Shown here one piece after another: positions 1 through 8,322 of a stretch of 13,632 bases of DNA (position 1 is the stretch's first letter; each line of letters opens with the position of its first letter). A model generated the notes under the pieces. That model saw nothing but the letters and a program-made list of their open reading frames with translations. It was not told the origin of the DNA and did not search any database. The translations under genes and the position numbers were made by a program. The stretch lies in assembly GCA_050178385.1 (NCBI GenBank), contig JBFXGD010000091.1, forward strand, positions 1-13,632. The letters run 5' to 3'. This stretch comes from Calditrichaceae bacterium (lineage in GTDB: Bacteria; Calditrichota; Calditrichia; Calditrichales; JBFXGD01).

Positions 1-61
1 AATATTAATATTCCAGACCTATGCCGCACGCTAAAATCTACAGATGAAAATAAGGAAAAAC

Positions 62-919
62 ATGGAAAGTTTTGCAGGTATGACCATTTTGTATCTAATC
101 AGGGTAAGCACTGTTACGTTAAGCCAGATTTTTATCCTGCTGGGACCCGTTCTGATTTTATCATTAATTATGTATTATATATCGGATGTACTTGAAAAAA
201 AGTCTTTATCCGTTTTCGGTTATAATTTCCTGATTTATTTTACGGCCATTGGAGTCGCGGTTCACGAGCTTGGGCACGCCGTCTTTGCCTTGATATTTGG
301 ACATAAACTGGCGGAAGTAAAGTTGTTTAGTCCCGATAAGGAATCAGGAACTCTGGGGTATGTTCATCATACTTATAATAACAGGAATTGGTACCATAGA
401 ATCGGTAATTTTTTTATTGGTATCGGACCGATTCTATTCGGGTCTATCATTATTTATTTTTCGGCAAAATTCCTGGTGGGGAATCATTTGTTTCTGCCGT
501 TAAGCGATTTGTCCATAAATACATCCACGCTGAGCTCAACCGATAACGCGTGGACATTTATCAGAGAAGTATATTTTAATGTATTGCAGGTGTTTGCGGT
601 ATTGATTGATCCCAAAAATTTATCCGACTGGAAATTTTACGTTTTTCTGTATTTGGTTTTCGCGATTGGATCCAATATAAAACTGAGCCCTCCGGATATA
701 AAAGGTGCCTGGACCGGATTCAGCACTCTTGTCGTTTTGATGTTCGTGTTTAATTTAATAACACTTTGGATAGGTGATCAGGCCACCGCGTACGTCATTC
801 TGATAAGCCAGACTTACAGCTTCTTTTACGCCATAATGATTTTTACGGCAATCCTGAGTATCGTGTTTATTATGTTTATCACAATTATAAAGATTATAAA
901 GGGAGCGATAGTCAGATAG
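62..919 (+). CDS. Membrane-embedded zinc metalloprotease, peptidase M50/M50B-like
   Basis: HExxH motif (AVHELGH) inside a hydrophobic segment, GTLGYV, FFIGIGP, and a downstream LSPPD that could supply the third zinc ligand; several TM helices. The ORF track starts at 44, but AAGGA (52-56) precedes ATG 62, so 62 is preferred. Confidence 0.8.
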   Translation: MESFAGMTILYLIRVSTVTLSQIFILLGPVLILSLIMYYISDVLEKKSLSVFGYNFLIYFTAIGVAVHELGHAVFALIFGHKLAEVKLFSPDKESGTLGYVHHTYNNRNWYHRIGNFFIGIGPILFGSIIIYFSAKFLVGNHLFLPLSDLSINTSTLSSTDNAWTFIREVYFNVLQVFAVLIDPKNLSDWKFYVFLYLVFAIGSNIKLSPPDIKGAWTGFSTLVVLMFVFNLITLWIGDQATAYVILISQTYSFFYAIMIFTAILSIVFIMFITIIKIIKGAIVR

Positions 920-991
920 TTTTTTATTATGCTTTAAACAAAGATGAGATAATCGTTACCCTTGCTCCCTCCCGTCATACTCAGAACCGGT

Positions 992-2701
992 TTATTCCGT
1001 TTTAGAAAACTCAAGCCTCACTTTTCCGATTTCATTGTTCAGTATAAATCCGGTGACTTTGTTATCCGTGTCACGCCTAAATTCGATCATCATATACGGA
1101 ATGCTAAACTGATCGTTCAAAATGTGATTCATCTTTGCGGGGACTTCCATGTTGATAAATTCCGGAAACTTTGGAAGTCCAAGATACAATTCACCATCTT
1201 TTATAGTCACCGGATATGTCATTTGAATTTCATCGCTAAAATAGTTACCGGTGTAAATCATTTTATCCGATTCAGTAATATTTTGCGGTTCCAGTTTTGA
1301 TGCGGTCATTACACGGCCGCCCTGATGCCATTCAAGTTGAGATACCCGGCCGTTTTCATCACGGAGAAAGATACCCTGCGCGTCAGCGACTTTGAGAAAA
1401 AATTTGTTATCCGCTTCCGGGAAAAATTTAAATGCGGGCTGTCCGGTCGCCTGCCCGAAAAGCTGTTCATTTTTACGTGTGACCGTCATGATAAATCCGC
1501 CACCAAAATCATACCTGCCGACGTAGTTGTCATAAACTTTTTTATCAAATTCCGGTTCCGGTAAATCCGTATTAATCGCTGCGGCGGTTTGAACGGCCGG
1601 TTTAGGTTCAACCGGCTCCATTTGATCAGTTAAATATAATTCCGCGATTTGCTTTGTCAGTTTATTGGCATTTATGTTCCCGAGATTTGAAAGAACAATT
1701 ACCGATACTCCCTGATTTGGGAATCGTAGATAATGGGCTTTAAAGCCACCGGTAAAACCGCCGTGTTCGGCGATATTGAGCCCCCGGTATTTTTTTAACT
1801 GCAGGCCAAGGGCGTAATCGATGGTTTCTCCATTGTTCAGAATTCCCTGCCGGTACATTTTTTTTGTAAAATTGGTTCCGCCGATTTTATTGGCAATGAA
1901 ATTTGAATCCCATAAAATCATGTCATCAATGGTTGTGCACACCCCTCCGTCGCCCACAATATTTCCGGCAAAAGAATGTTCTTCTGTGTATTCATGTTTG
2001 TTTTTAGCGATATAACCGGTAGCAAGATTTTTCTGATTAAGGTCAGGATTGTCAAATATAAAAGAATGATTCATGCCCAGCGGTTTAAAGATATTTTTTG
2101 AAACGAATTCTGCTAAGGTCATGCCGCTGACGCGTTTTACGATTAATCCGGCCAGAAAATATCCCGAATTGCTGTAATAATACTCATCTCCGGGAGTAAA
2201 GTTGAGCTGACGCTGCCGGGTAATCAGGTCAAACAGACTCTTTTCAGTGAGTGATCCTTCCGCGGCGGTCCCCGTTAACAATGTCAGCCAGTCATAATCG
2301 GTTATGCCGCTTGTATGATTAAGCAGATTGCGGATCGTAATTGTCGGGCCGTAGTCAGGGAATTCCGGGATGTATTTTCTGATGTCATCATCAAGCGAGA
2401 TCTTTCCTTGTTCCTCCAGAAGAACAAGCGAAGCAGCCGTAAATTGCTTGGAAAGAGAGCCAATATTAAACACAGTGTTTGTATGAGCGGGCAGGTTTTT
2501 GTCCAGATTCATCATCCCGTATGCTTTTTTATGGGCGACTTTTCCGTCCAGGATAACAGCGATAACGCCGCCGGGAGAATCAGGTTTTAGCCATTGTCCG
2601 GCGAATGAATCAATTTGCGATGTCATGAGAATCTGAGAAAAAACGGACTCTGACAGGATCAGAATCAGAGCAAGTATCTGGAAGAGCTTCATCTTTTTCA
2701 T
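992..2701 (-). CDS. Secreted serine hydrolase, beta-lactamase/AmpC (D-aminopeptidase-like) family, with two C-terminal DUF3471-like domains
   Basis: Signal peptide (MKKMKLFQILALILILSESVFS); catalytic motifs SxxK (S82-LSK), YxN (YSN) and HGG; family motif LLNHTSG; a Pro/Ala linker followed by domains starting YVGRY and YTGNY. Purine-rich RBS upstream. Confidence 0.9.
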   Translation of the reverse strand: MKKMKLFQILALILILSESVFSQILMTSQIDSFAGQWLKPDSPGGVIAVILDGKVAHKKAYGMMNLDKNLPAHTNTVFNIGSLSKQFTAASLVLLEEQGKISLDDDIRKYIPEFPDYGPTITIRNLLNHTSGITDYDWLTLLTGTAAEGSLTEKSLFDLITRQRQLNFTPGDEYYYSNSGYFLAGLIVKRVSGMTLAEFVSKNIFKPLGMNHSFIFDNPDLNQKNLATGYIAKNKHEYTEEHSFAGNIVGDGGVCTTIDDMILWDSNFIANKIGGTNFTKKMYRQGILNNGETIDYALGLQLKKYRGLNIAEHGGFTGGFKAHYLRFPNQGVSVIVLSNLGNINANKLTKQIAELYLTDQMEPVEPKPAVQTAAAINTDLPEPEFDKKVYDNYVGRYDFGGGFIMTVTRKNEQLFGQATGQPAFKFFPEADNKFFLKVADAQGIFLRDENGRVSQLEWHQGGRVMTASKLEPQNITESDKMIYTGNYFSDEIQMTYPVTIKDGELYLGLPKFPEFINMEVPAKMNHILNDQFSIPYMMIEFRRDTDNKVTGFILNNEIGKVRLEFSKTE

Positions 2702-2761
2702 TTTCTTTTCCTTTTATTATTTTGAAAAACATATTAAATGTATATAAATTCACAATACCTA

Positions 2762-2789
2762 TAGACGCAAATATTATTCCGGAGTTGCG
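2762..2789 (-). promoter_or_regulatory. Putative ECF sigma-factor promoter for the serine hydrolase (CGCAAC-N16-CGTCTA)
   Basis: The minus strand reads CGCAAC (2789-2784), 16 nt, CGTCTA (2767-2762). This fits the AAC-N16/17-CGT ECF consensus, about 60 nt upstream of ATG 2701. Confidence 0.6.
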
Positions 2790-2881
2790 TGCCCGCGGTC
2801 ATATGAAATAAAATTTTTGATCTTTGTTTAAAATTATTAGATATTTACTTATATAAAATTAAAGAACCAGGGGAGAAACAA

Positions 2882-3418
2882 TTGTGGCGCATAATTATTT
2901 TCATTCTGATGATTGCCGGATTGCTTTCCTGTAAAAATGAACAAGCGGATGGCCGGCAAAATAATTATGGTGTTTTTTCTTTTGAACAGCAATTGACGTT
3001 GCCAGGTACACCGGACTTAGTCTATGATGCCATAACGGGTGATATCAGCGAATGGTGGGATCATTCATTCTCCGAATCGCCGTTGAGATTTTATATTGAT
3101 CCTAAACCGGGCGGCGGTTTTTATGAGATTTTCGATGAAAGCGGAAACGGTGTGCTTCATGCGACAGTTATTTATGCCAATCGGGGTAAAGCATTAAGGT
3201 TTGACGGCCCGCTGGGTTTGTCCGGGAAAGCCGTTCAGATGGTGACGACATATATGTTTGATGCCGCGGGGAGTGACTCTACTACGTTAAAAGTTTCTGT
3301 TCATGTTGCGGGTGAAGTCGATGAAGGCCTTCGGGAGACCGTTAAAGCAGTCTGGCATCATTTTATTTTTGAGAGATTCGGGCCTTACATGGAAACAGTT
3401 TATCAAAAATCCTTATAG
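2882..3418 (+). CDS. SRPBCC (START/AHSA1-like) domain lipoprotein
   Basis: TTG start after a GGGGAG RBS; lipobox LLSC; SRPBCC-like motifs PDLVYDAIT, SEWW, DPKPGGGFYE and a C-terminal helix containing W. Confidence 0.75.
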   Translation: MWRIIIFILMIAGLLSCKNEQADGRQNNYGVFSFEQQLTLPGTPDLVYDAITGDISEWWDHSFSESPLRFYIDPKPGGGFYEIFDESGNGVLHATVIYANRGKALRFDGPLGLSGKAVQMVTTYMFDAAGSDSTTLKVSVHVAGEVDEGLRETVKAVWHHFIFERFGPYMETVYQKSL

Positions 3419-3621
3419 TAAGAGAGCGCGATCATTATCTATTTGTTTTTGTATCAGAGGTGACTAATTTTTTTCATATAATAAAATAAATCTTAATATG
3501 AATAAGATTAGGCCGAATATTTAAAAATATAGCCACTAAACTGATTTAGTTGTTTGAAAACCTTGCCATTGGTTTAAATCATTGTGTGTGCGAATCGTGA
3601 ATATAATTCAAAGAGGATGCT

Positions 3622-4038
3622 ATGGGGGATCAGCAAGACGACCGAAGAAAATACCAGAGATATGCCTGCTCCATCGATGAAGGAGTGCATGGGCGCTTTA
3701 CTTTTTCTCCGGAACGGAATGAGCTGTTTACGGCTTATATATTTAATATTAGCCTGGGTGGTATGTATTTTTCTGTTAGAAATGATCAGGAAAATAAATT
3801 TAAAAAAGGCAATATTGTGACGTTCGTTGAAATAAAGAAAAGCGGTTCACAGAATTATCTGATAAATGTTGAGGCGGAAATTATCTGGCTGTTGAATCAT
3901 CACTTTCTTAATCATATTGGTCTGGGGTGCAAATTTCTGAAAATTTCAGATAATAGTAAGGATCAGATTTCAAAATTTATTGAATCCTGTAATTTTGTAA
4001 AGAAAAAGCCCACGATTATAAACTATCCAAATCTATAA
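3622..4038 (+). CDS. Stand-alone PilZ-domain protein (putative c-di-GMP receptor)
   Basis: RxxxR (DRRKYQR) and (D/N)xSxxG (NISLGG) motifs; C-terminal GLGCKF followed by a helix; AGAGGA RBS before ATG 3622. Confidence 0.85.
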   Translation: MGDQQDDRRKYQRYACSIDEGVHGRFTFSPERNELFTAYIFNISLGGMYFSVRNDQENKFKKGNIVTFVEIKKSGSQNYLINVEAEIIWLLNHHFLNHIGLGCKFLKISDNSKDQISKFIESCNFVKKKPTIINYPNL

Positions 4039-4040
4039 GA

Positions 4041-4532
4041 ATGATGAAATCAACGCTTAATTCCTTTAAAAAAACACTTGATCTGACAGAAAAAAAATTA
4101 CTCAGTATTTCGGAAAATATCAGCGCGATGCGTCCGCGGGAAAATAAATGGTCCGCGCGGGAAATACTGGGCCACCTGATCGATTCAGCCGCGAATAATC
4201 ATCGTCGTTTTGTTCTGGCGCAATTATCAGATGATCTTGTCTTTCCGGGTTATGATCAGGATGTTTGGGTTCGCGCTCAAAATTATCAGGATGCGTCCTG
4301 GCCTTCACTTGTGGCGCTATGGAAATCATACAATTTGCATATCATCCATCTCGTATCTCAGATACCGGAAGAAATTCTGCTTAAGAGTCGTCAAAATCAC
4401 AATTTGGATAAAATTGCGTGGAATACTGTTTCTAAAAACAATCCGGTCACTCTACATTATTTTATAATTGATTATATTGGACACATGAATCATCATCTTA
4501 CTCAAATCATGAATATTGTTAGTTCTCTCTAA
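4041..4532 (+). CDS. DinB/YfiT-like four-helix-bundle protein (DinB_2 family, putative metal/thiol-dependent enzyme)
   Basis: KWSAREILGHLIDS, PGYDQD.W and C-terminal YIGHMNHHLTQI, giving the conserved His triad. Starts 2 nt after the PilZ stop codon. Confidence 0.85.
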   Translation: MMKSTLNSFKKTLDLTEKKLLSISENISAMRPRENKWSAREILGHLIDSAANNHRRFVLAQLSDDLVFPGYDQDVWVRAQNYQDASWPSLVALWKSYNLHIIHLVSQIPEEILLKSRQNHNLDKIAWNTVSKNNPVTLHYFIIDYIGHMNHHLTQIMNIVSSL

Positions 4533-4634
4533 TTCACATCATAAAAATGATTGGCCAATATATTTAAACCGGTCATCATTTATCTGTTTAATTACGCCAG
4601 CGCTATAAAAAATTACAAATCCCCCACTTTTTTG

Positions 4635-4663
4635 TTGACAACGAGTGCCGTTCTTTTTATACT
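4635..4663 (+). promoter_or_regulatory. Sigma70-type promoter, probably for the TonB-dependent receptor
   Basis: TTGACA (4635-4640), 17 bp spacer, TATACT (4658-4663): 11/12 match to consensus with optimal spacing. Confidence 0.75.
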
Positions 4664-4689
4664 TTCTGGTAAGTTGTCAATAACCAACT

Positions 4690-4706
4690 TGTTAATTGCG
4701 TTAACA
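4690..4706. promoter_or_regulatory. Putative operator palindrome TGTTAA-N5-TTAACA
   Basis: Perfect 6-bp inverted repeat about 20 bp downstream of the inferred transcription start (~4670). Confidence 0.4.
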
Positions 4707-4736
4707 TATTTACTGATTTAATAGCTGTAAAAAATC

Positions 4737-5070
4737 TTCCATCCCGTTTATCGGATTGGGGGAATTGCATATAGAGTCGGCAAAAGAGTGTCCTTGAAAA
4801 AGCATTCACTGTGTAGTTTCATATTCGCGGAACACACAGTTATATAAGACGAATTGAATTTTGCAATTTAGAAAAATATAGTTTTACCGTACTTTTTTCT
4901 GCCTCAACAGGGAAGTCGAATCTAATACAGGAGTTTTGCCAATAATTACACATTGACAAAATACGTCCTTAAACGGTCAATCAGCGAATTTTATTTTTCA
5001 AATATCATCCCAAATTTAATTCCTGAGAGCATATCCGCATTTCGGGCAAACAAAATCATCAATGTGCTCT
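4737..5070 (+). ncRNA. Candidate structured 5' leader / cis-regulatory RNA upstream of the TonB-dependent receptor (unclassified)
   Basis: Helices found by eye: 4763-4769/4862-4868; GAAA-capped hairpin 4786-4807; bulged 12-bp hairpin 4808-4840; 4779-4785/4934-4940; 4952-4957/4976-4981; 5026-5034/5062-5070. Confidence 0.35.
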
Positions 5071-5124
5071 GAACGAAGCTTATTCAAAATAACTAAAATA
5101 ATAACAACCAAGGAGAATTTCCTA

Positions 5125-8100
5125 ATGTCAGTTTCTACCCCAAACCTGACGAAATGGTTCCTTTTTCTCTCGACCATGCTGTTTTTGTCAGTAAACCTCT
5201 ATGCTCAGGGTGTTACCACCTCATCAATGAGCGGTATCGTGATGGATGTTCACGGAGAAGCTCTTGCCGGAGCCACTGTGATCGCTGTCCATGAGCCGAC
5301 CGGTACCGAATATGGTGTATCCACCCGTGTGGATGGACGCTATAACCTGCAGAACGTAAGAGTCGGTGGGCCTTACCATATCACCGTCACCTACGTTGGA
5401 TATAAAGAGCAGGAAATGACCGATGTCCACCTGAATCTGGGTCAGGAAATGAAAATTGATTTTAATCTTCAGGAACAGGCGTTTGAAGGCGAGGCCATTG
5501 TTGTAACGGCTGATAAGGATGATATCCTCAGCAGTGACCGCAACGGAGCGTCAACCATCATATCAAGCCAGAAAATTGATCAGATGCCGACAATTTCCAG
5601 AAGTACCGGTGACTTGACAAGACTAACGCCACAAAACGACGGCAACAGCTATGGCGGAAGAAATGTGCTTTATAATAACTTTTCACTGGATGGTTCGATT
5701 TTTAATAACCCCTTTGGACTGGATAGTCCGGTTCCGGGCGGACAAACCAATGCTCAGCCCGTAAGTTTGGATGCGATTGACCAGATACAGGTTTCTCTGG
5801 CTCCTTTTGATGTACGGCAGGGTGGTTTTACCGGCGCCGGTGTCAATTCCGTTACAAAAAGCGGTACAAATGAATTTACCGGATCCGCGTATACTTTCAC
5901 GAGAAATGAAGGAATGATCGGTGATCAGGTAAGCGGAACAACGGTGACTAATCCCGATTTGAGCTACAATCAGTCCGGTTTCAGAATTGGCGGCCCGCTC
6001 ATTAAAAATAAACTGTTCTTCTTTGTAAACGGTGAAATTGAAAGAAGAGAAGATCCGGGTTCAAACTATGTCGCATCGCGTCCTGGTTTATCAGGATCCA
6101 ATGTATCCAATGTGTTGGCCTCTGACCTTGATGTTGTAAGTGAAAGACTTCAGGATGTTTATGGTTATGAAACCGGTGCTTATGAAAACTATATTCATGA
6201 AACGCAAAATGATAAATTCCTGGCTAAACTCGACTGGAATATAAATGCGAATCACAGCGCGAGTCTGCGTTATAATTACCTTAGTTCATGGAGAGATGTT
6301 TCTCCTCATCCGGCGATTTCTACCAGCGGAAGAGGTCCGGACAAAAATGCTCTCCCCTTTGAAAATACCAGCTATATCATTAATAATGACATTAACTCAG
6401 TGGTCGGTGAATTAAACAGCCGGTTCGGAAATAAGTACTCCAATCACCTGCAGTTTGGTTACACCTCTTTTAGAGATTATCGTGATAGCAAAAGTGAACC
6501 ATTCCCGTCAGTTGATATTGAAAAAGACGGCAGAACCTACATTTCTTTTGGTCTGGAAAGATTTTCAACCAATAACCTGTTAGATCAGGATGTATTCCAG
6601 TTGACGGATAATTTCAATGTGTACCATGGTGATCATCTGCTTACCATCGGTACTCACTATGAGTTGTTCAAATTCAACAATTCTTTCAATTTGTTCTATT
6701 ATCCCGGATATACATACAGTTCTGTAGAAGACTTTTTGGCTCATACTGATCCAACCGATCCTGCAATGTTCAATGATTTTAATGCCGATGTCGACAATTC
6801 TAATCAAAATCCATTTAAAATGGATGAAACCGATGTCGCTCAGCTCGCTTTTTATATTCAGGATGAATGGCAGTTCTCTAACCGCCTGATGCTGTCAATT
6901 GGTATGCGTACGGATATGCCAATTTACTACACTGATATTCCGGAAAATTCAGTTATCGAATCCTATGACTGGGTTGATGAAAATGGAAATCCGGCCAATC
7001 TCGACGTAAGCAAATTGCCGGATTCAACACCACTTCTTTCACCGCGTATTGGTTTTAACTGGGATGCAACCGGAGACCGCAGCGCGCAGTTGCGTGGTGG
7101 TACCGGCGTATTCACAGGAAGAATTCCTTTTGTGTGGGTAGGTAATCAGGTTGCTAACAGCACAATTACACCATACTATACCTTTCAGATAAACGGAACC
7201 GCAAAAGACTTCAAATTCCCTCAGGTTTGGAAAACAGATCTTGCTGTTGATAAATCCTTGCCTTGGGGAGTTGTCGGTACGGTTGAAGCGATTTACAGCA
7301 AAGATATTAACGCGGTCGTTCACAGAAATTATAACATGCCGCAGCCAACGGAACATGCTGTGGGCGCTGATAACAGGGAAATTTTTGCAGCACCAACCGC
7401 CGAAAATTTTGAACCATTTAAAGTTAACAGCATTGTTGACGGTAGTTATCTTGATGCCGGGGCAATTGTTCTTGACAACACGGATGAAGGCTATCAGTTT
7501 AGCTTTACAACTCAGTTGAGAAAAGTATTTGCCAACGGTTTGTTTTCAAGTATTGCCTATAATTATGGATTATCAAAAGATCTTACAAGCAGCCGTGGTG
7601 AAATTGCAGCGGACGCTTTCCAGCAAAATCCGATAGTCGGAGATCCAAATGATCCGGAATTGAGTTATTCCGATTATGGCCTGACACACCGGTTTGTAGG
7701 TGTTTTATCCTATAAAAAAGAGTACAAGAAAAATTTCGCCACCAGTGTTGCTGTGTTCTTCGAAGCTGCTCAGGGTGACCGTTTCTCATTTACCTATGCA
7801 GGCGATATGAACCGTGACGGTATCTCAGGAAACGATTTGATTTATGTTCCGAAGGATCAGAGTGAAATCAATCTGGTTCCAACAGATGCCAGCGATACAA
7901 GAACCGAAGATGAAATCTGGAATCAATTGAATGCCTATATCAATCAGGATGATTATCTAAAGGATCGCCGCGGTGACTATGCCGAAAGAAACGGCGCCTT
8001 GTCTCCATGGTATACTCAGATGGATTTAAGAATATTACAGGATTTCTATGTAAACATCGGTGGGAAGAAAAATACTTTCCAGTTGAGCCTGGATATTCTG

Positions 8101-8310
8101 AATGTTGCAAACTTCATCAACTCCGATTGGGGCGTTCGGGAAATTAAAAGTACCGAAACACCTCTTTCTTTTGAAGGTTATAATGCATCAGGTGAGCCGA
8201 TTTACAGCTTCCCGCTTTATGGCGGAGAGCCATTGTCTGAATCATTCAATGATGATACCAGCCTTGACTCAAGATGGAGAGCTCAAATCGGTCTACGTTA
8301 TATATTCTAA
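5125..8310 (+). CDS. TonB-dependent outer-membrane receptor, Oar-like, with N-terminal carboxypeptidase-regulatory-like domain
   Basis: Signal peptide ending LYA-Q; CarboxypepD_reg-like domain (GIVMDVHGEALAGATV...GGPYHITVTYVGY); plug motif SLDAIDQIQV..APFDVRQGGFTGAGVNSVTKSGTN; barrel motifs FYIQDEW and SPRIGFNWD; terminal Phe (IGLRYIF). Start moved from 5062 to 5125 because AAGGAG lies at 5110-5115. Confidence 0.92.
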   Translation: MSVSTPNLTKWFLFLSTMLFLSVNLYAQGVTTSSMSGIVMDVHGEALAGATVIAVHEPTGTEYGVSTRVDGRYNLQNVRVGGPYHITVTYVGYKEQEMTDVHLNLGQEMKIDFNLQEQAFEGEAIVVTADKDDILSSDRNGASTIISSQKIDQMPTISRSTGDLTRLTPQNDGNSYGGRNVLYNNFSLDGSIFNNPFGLDSPVPGGQTNAQPVSLDAIDQIQVSLAPFDVRQGGFTGAGVNSVTKSGTNEFTGSAYTFTRNEGMIGDQVSGTTVTNPDLSYNQSGFRIGGPLIKNKLFFFVNGEIERREDPGSNYVASRPGLSGSNVSNVLASDLDVVSERLQDVYGYETGAYENYIHETQNDKFLAKLDWNINANHSASLRYNYLSSWRDVSPHPAISTSGRGPDKNALPFENTSYIINNDINSVVGELNSRFGNKYSNHLQFGYTSFRDYRDSKSEPFPSVDIEKDGRTYISFGLERFSTNNLLDQDVFQLTDNFNVYHGDHLLTIGTHYELFKFNNSFNLFYYPGYTYSSVEDFLAHTDPTDPAMFNDFNADVDNSNQNPFKMDETDVAQLAFYIQDEWQFSNRLMLSIGMRTDMPIYYTDIPENSVIESYDWVDENGNPANLDVSKLPDSTPLLSPRIGFNWDATGDRSAQLRGGTGVFTGRIPFVWVGNQVANSTITPYYTFQINGTAKDFKFPQVWKTDLAVDKSLPWGVVGTVEAIYSKDINAVVHRNYNMPQPTEHAVGADNREIFAAPTAENFEPFKVNSIVDGSYLDAGAIVLDNTDEGYQFSFTTQLRKVFANGLFSSIAYNYGLSKDLTSSRGEIAADAFQQNPIVGDPNDPELSYSDYGLTHRFVGVLSYKKEYKKNFATSVAVFFEAAQGDRFSFTYAGDMNRDGISGNDLIYVPKDQSEINLVPTDASDTRTEDEIWNQLNAYINQDDYLKDRRGDYAERNGALSPWYTQMDLRILQDFYVNIGGKKNTFQLSLDILNVANFINSDWGVREIKSTETPLSFEGYNASGEPIYSFPLYGGEPLSESFNDDTSLDSRWRAQIGLRYIF

Positions 8311-8322
8311 ATTTTACCGGAA

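Noticed and set aside
962..2590. Plus-strand ORFs 962-1300, 1325-1564, 1821-2015 and 2315-2590
   Set aside because: Antisense shadows of the serine hydrolase with no recognisable motifs.
4779..4840. c-di-GMP-I (GEMM) riboswitch, suggested by GGCAAA followed by a GAAA-capped stem and a nearby PilZ gene
   Set aside because: The conserved GACGCAAA junction and the tetraloop-receptor stem that should follow are absent. Kept only as part of the unclassified leader.
4906..4940. Cobalamin riboswitch, suggested by AACAGGGAAGTC upstream of a TonB-dependent receptor
   Set aside because: No GGTG-AA-TCC T-loop hairpin, no CCC-C-ACTG core and no B12 box downstream.
5062..5124. N-terminal extension of the receptor given by the ORF track
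   Set aside because: A strong RBS and a normal signal peptide begin at ATG 5125; ATG 5062 has no RBS and lies in a predicted stem.
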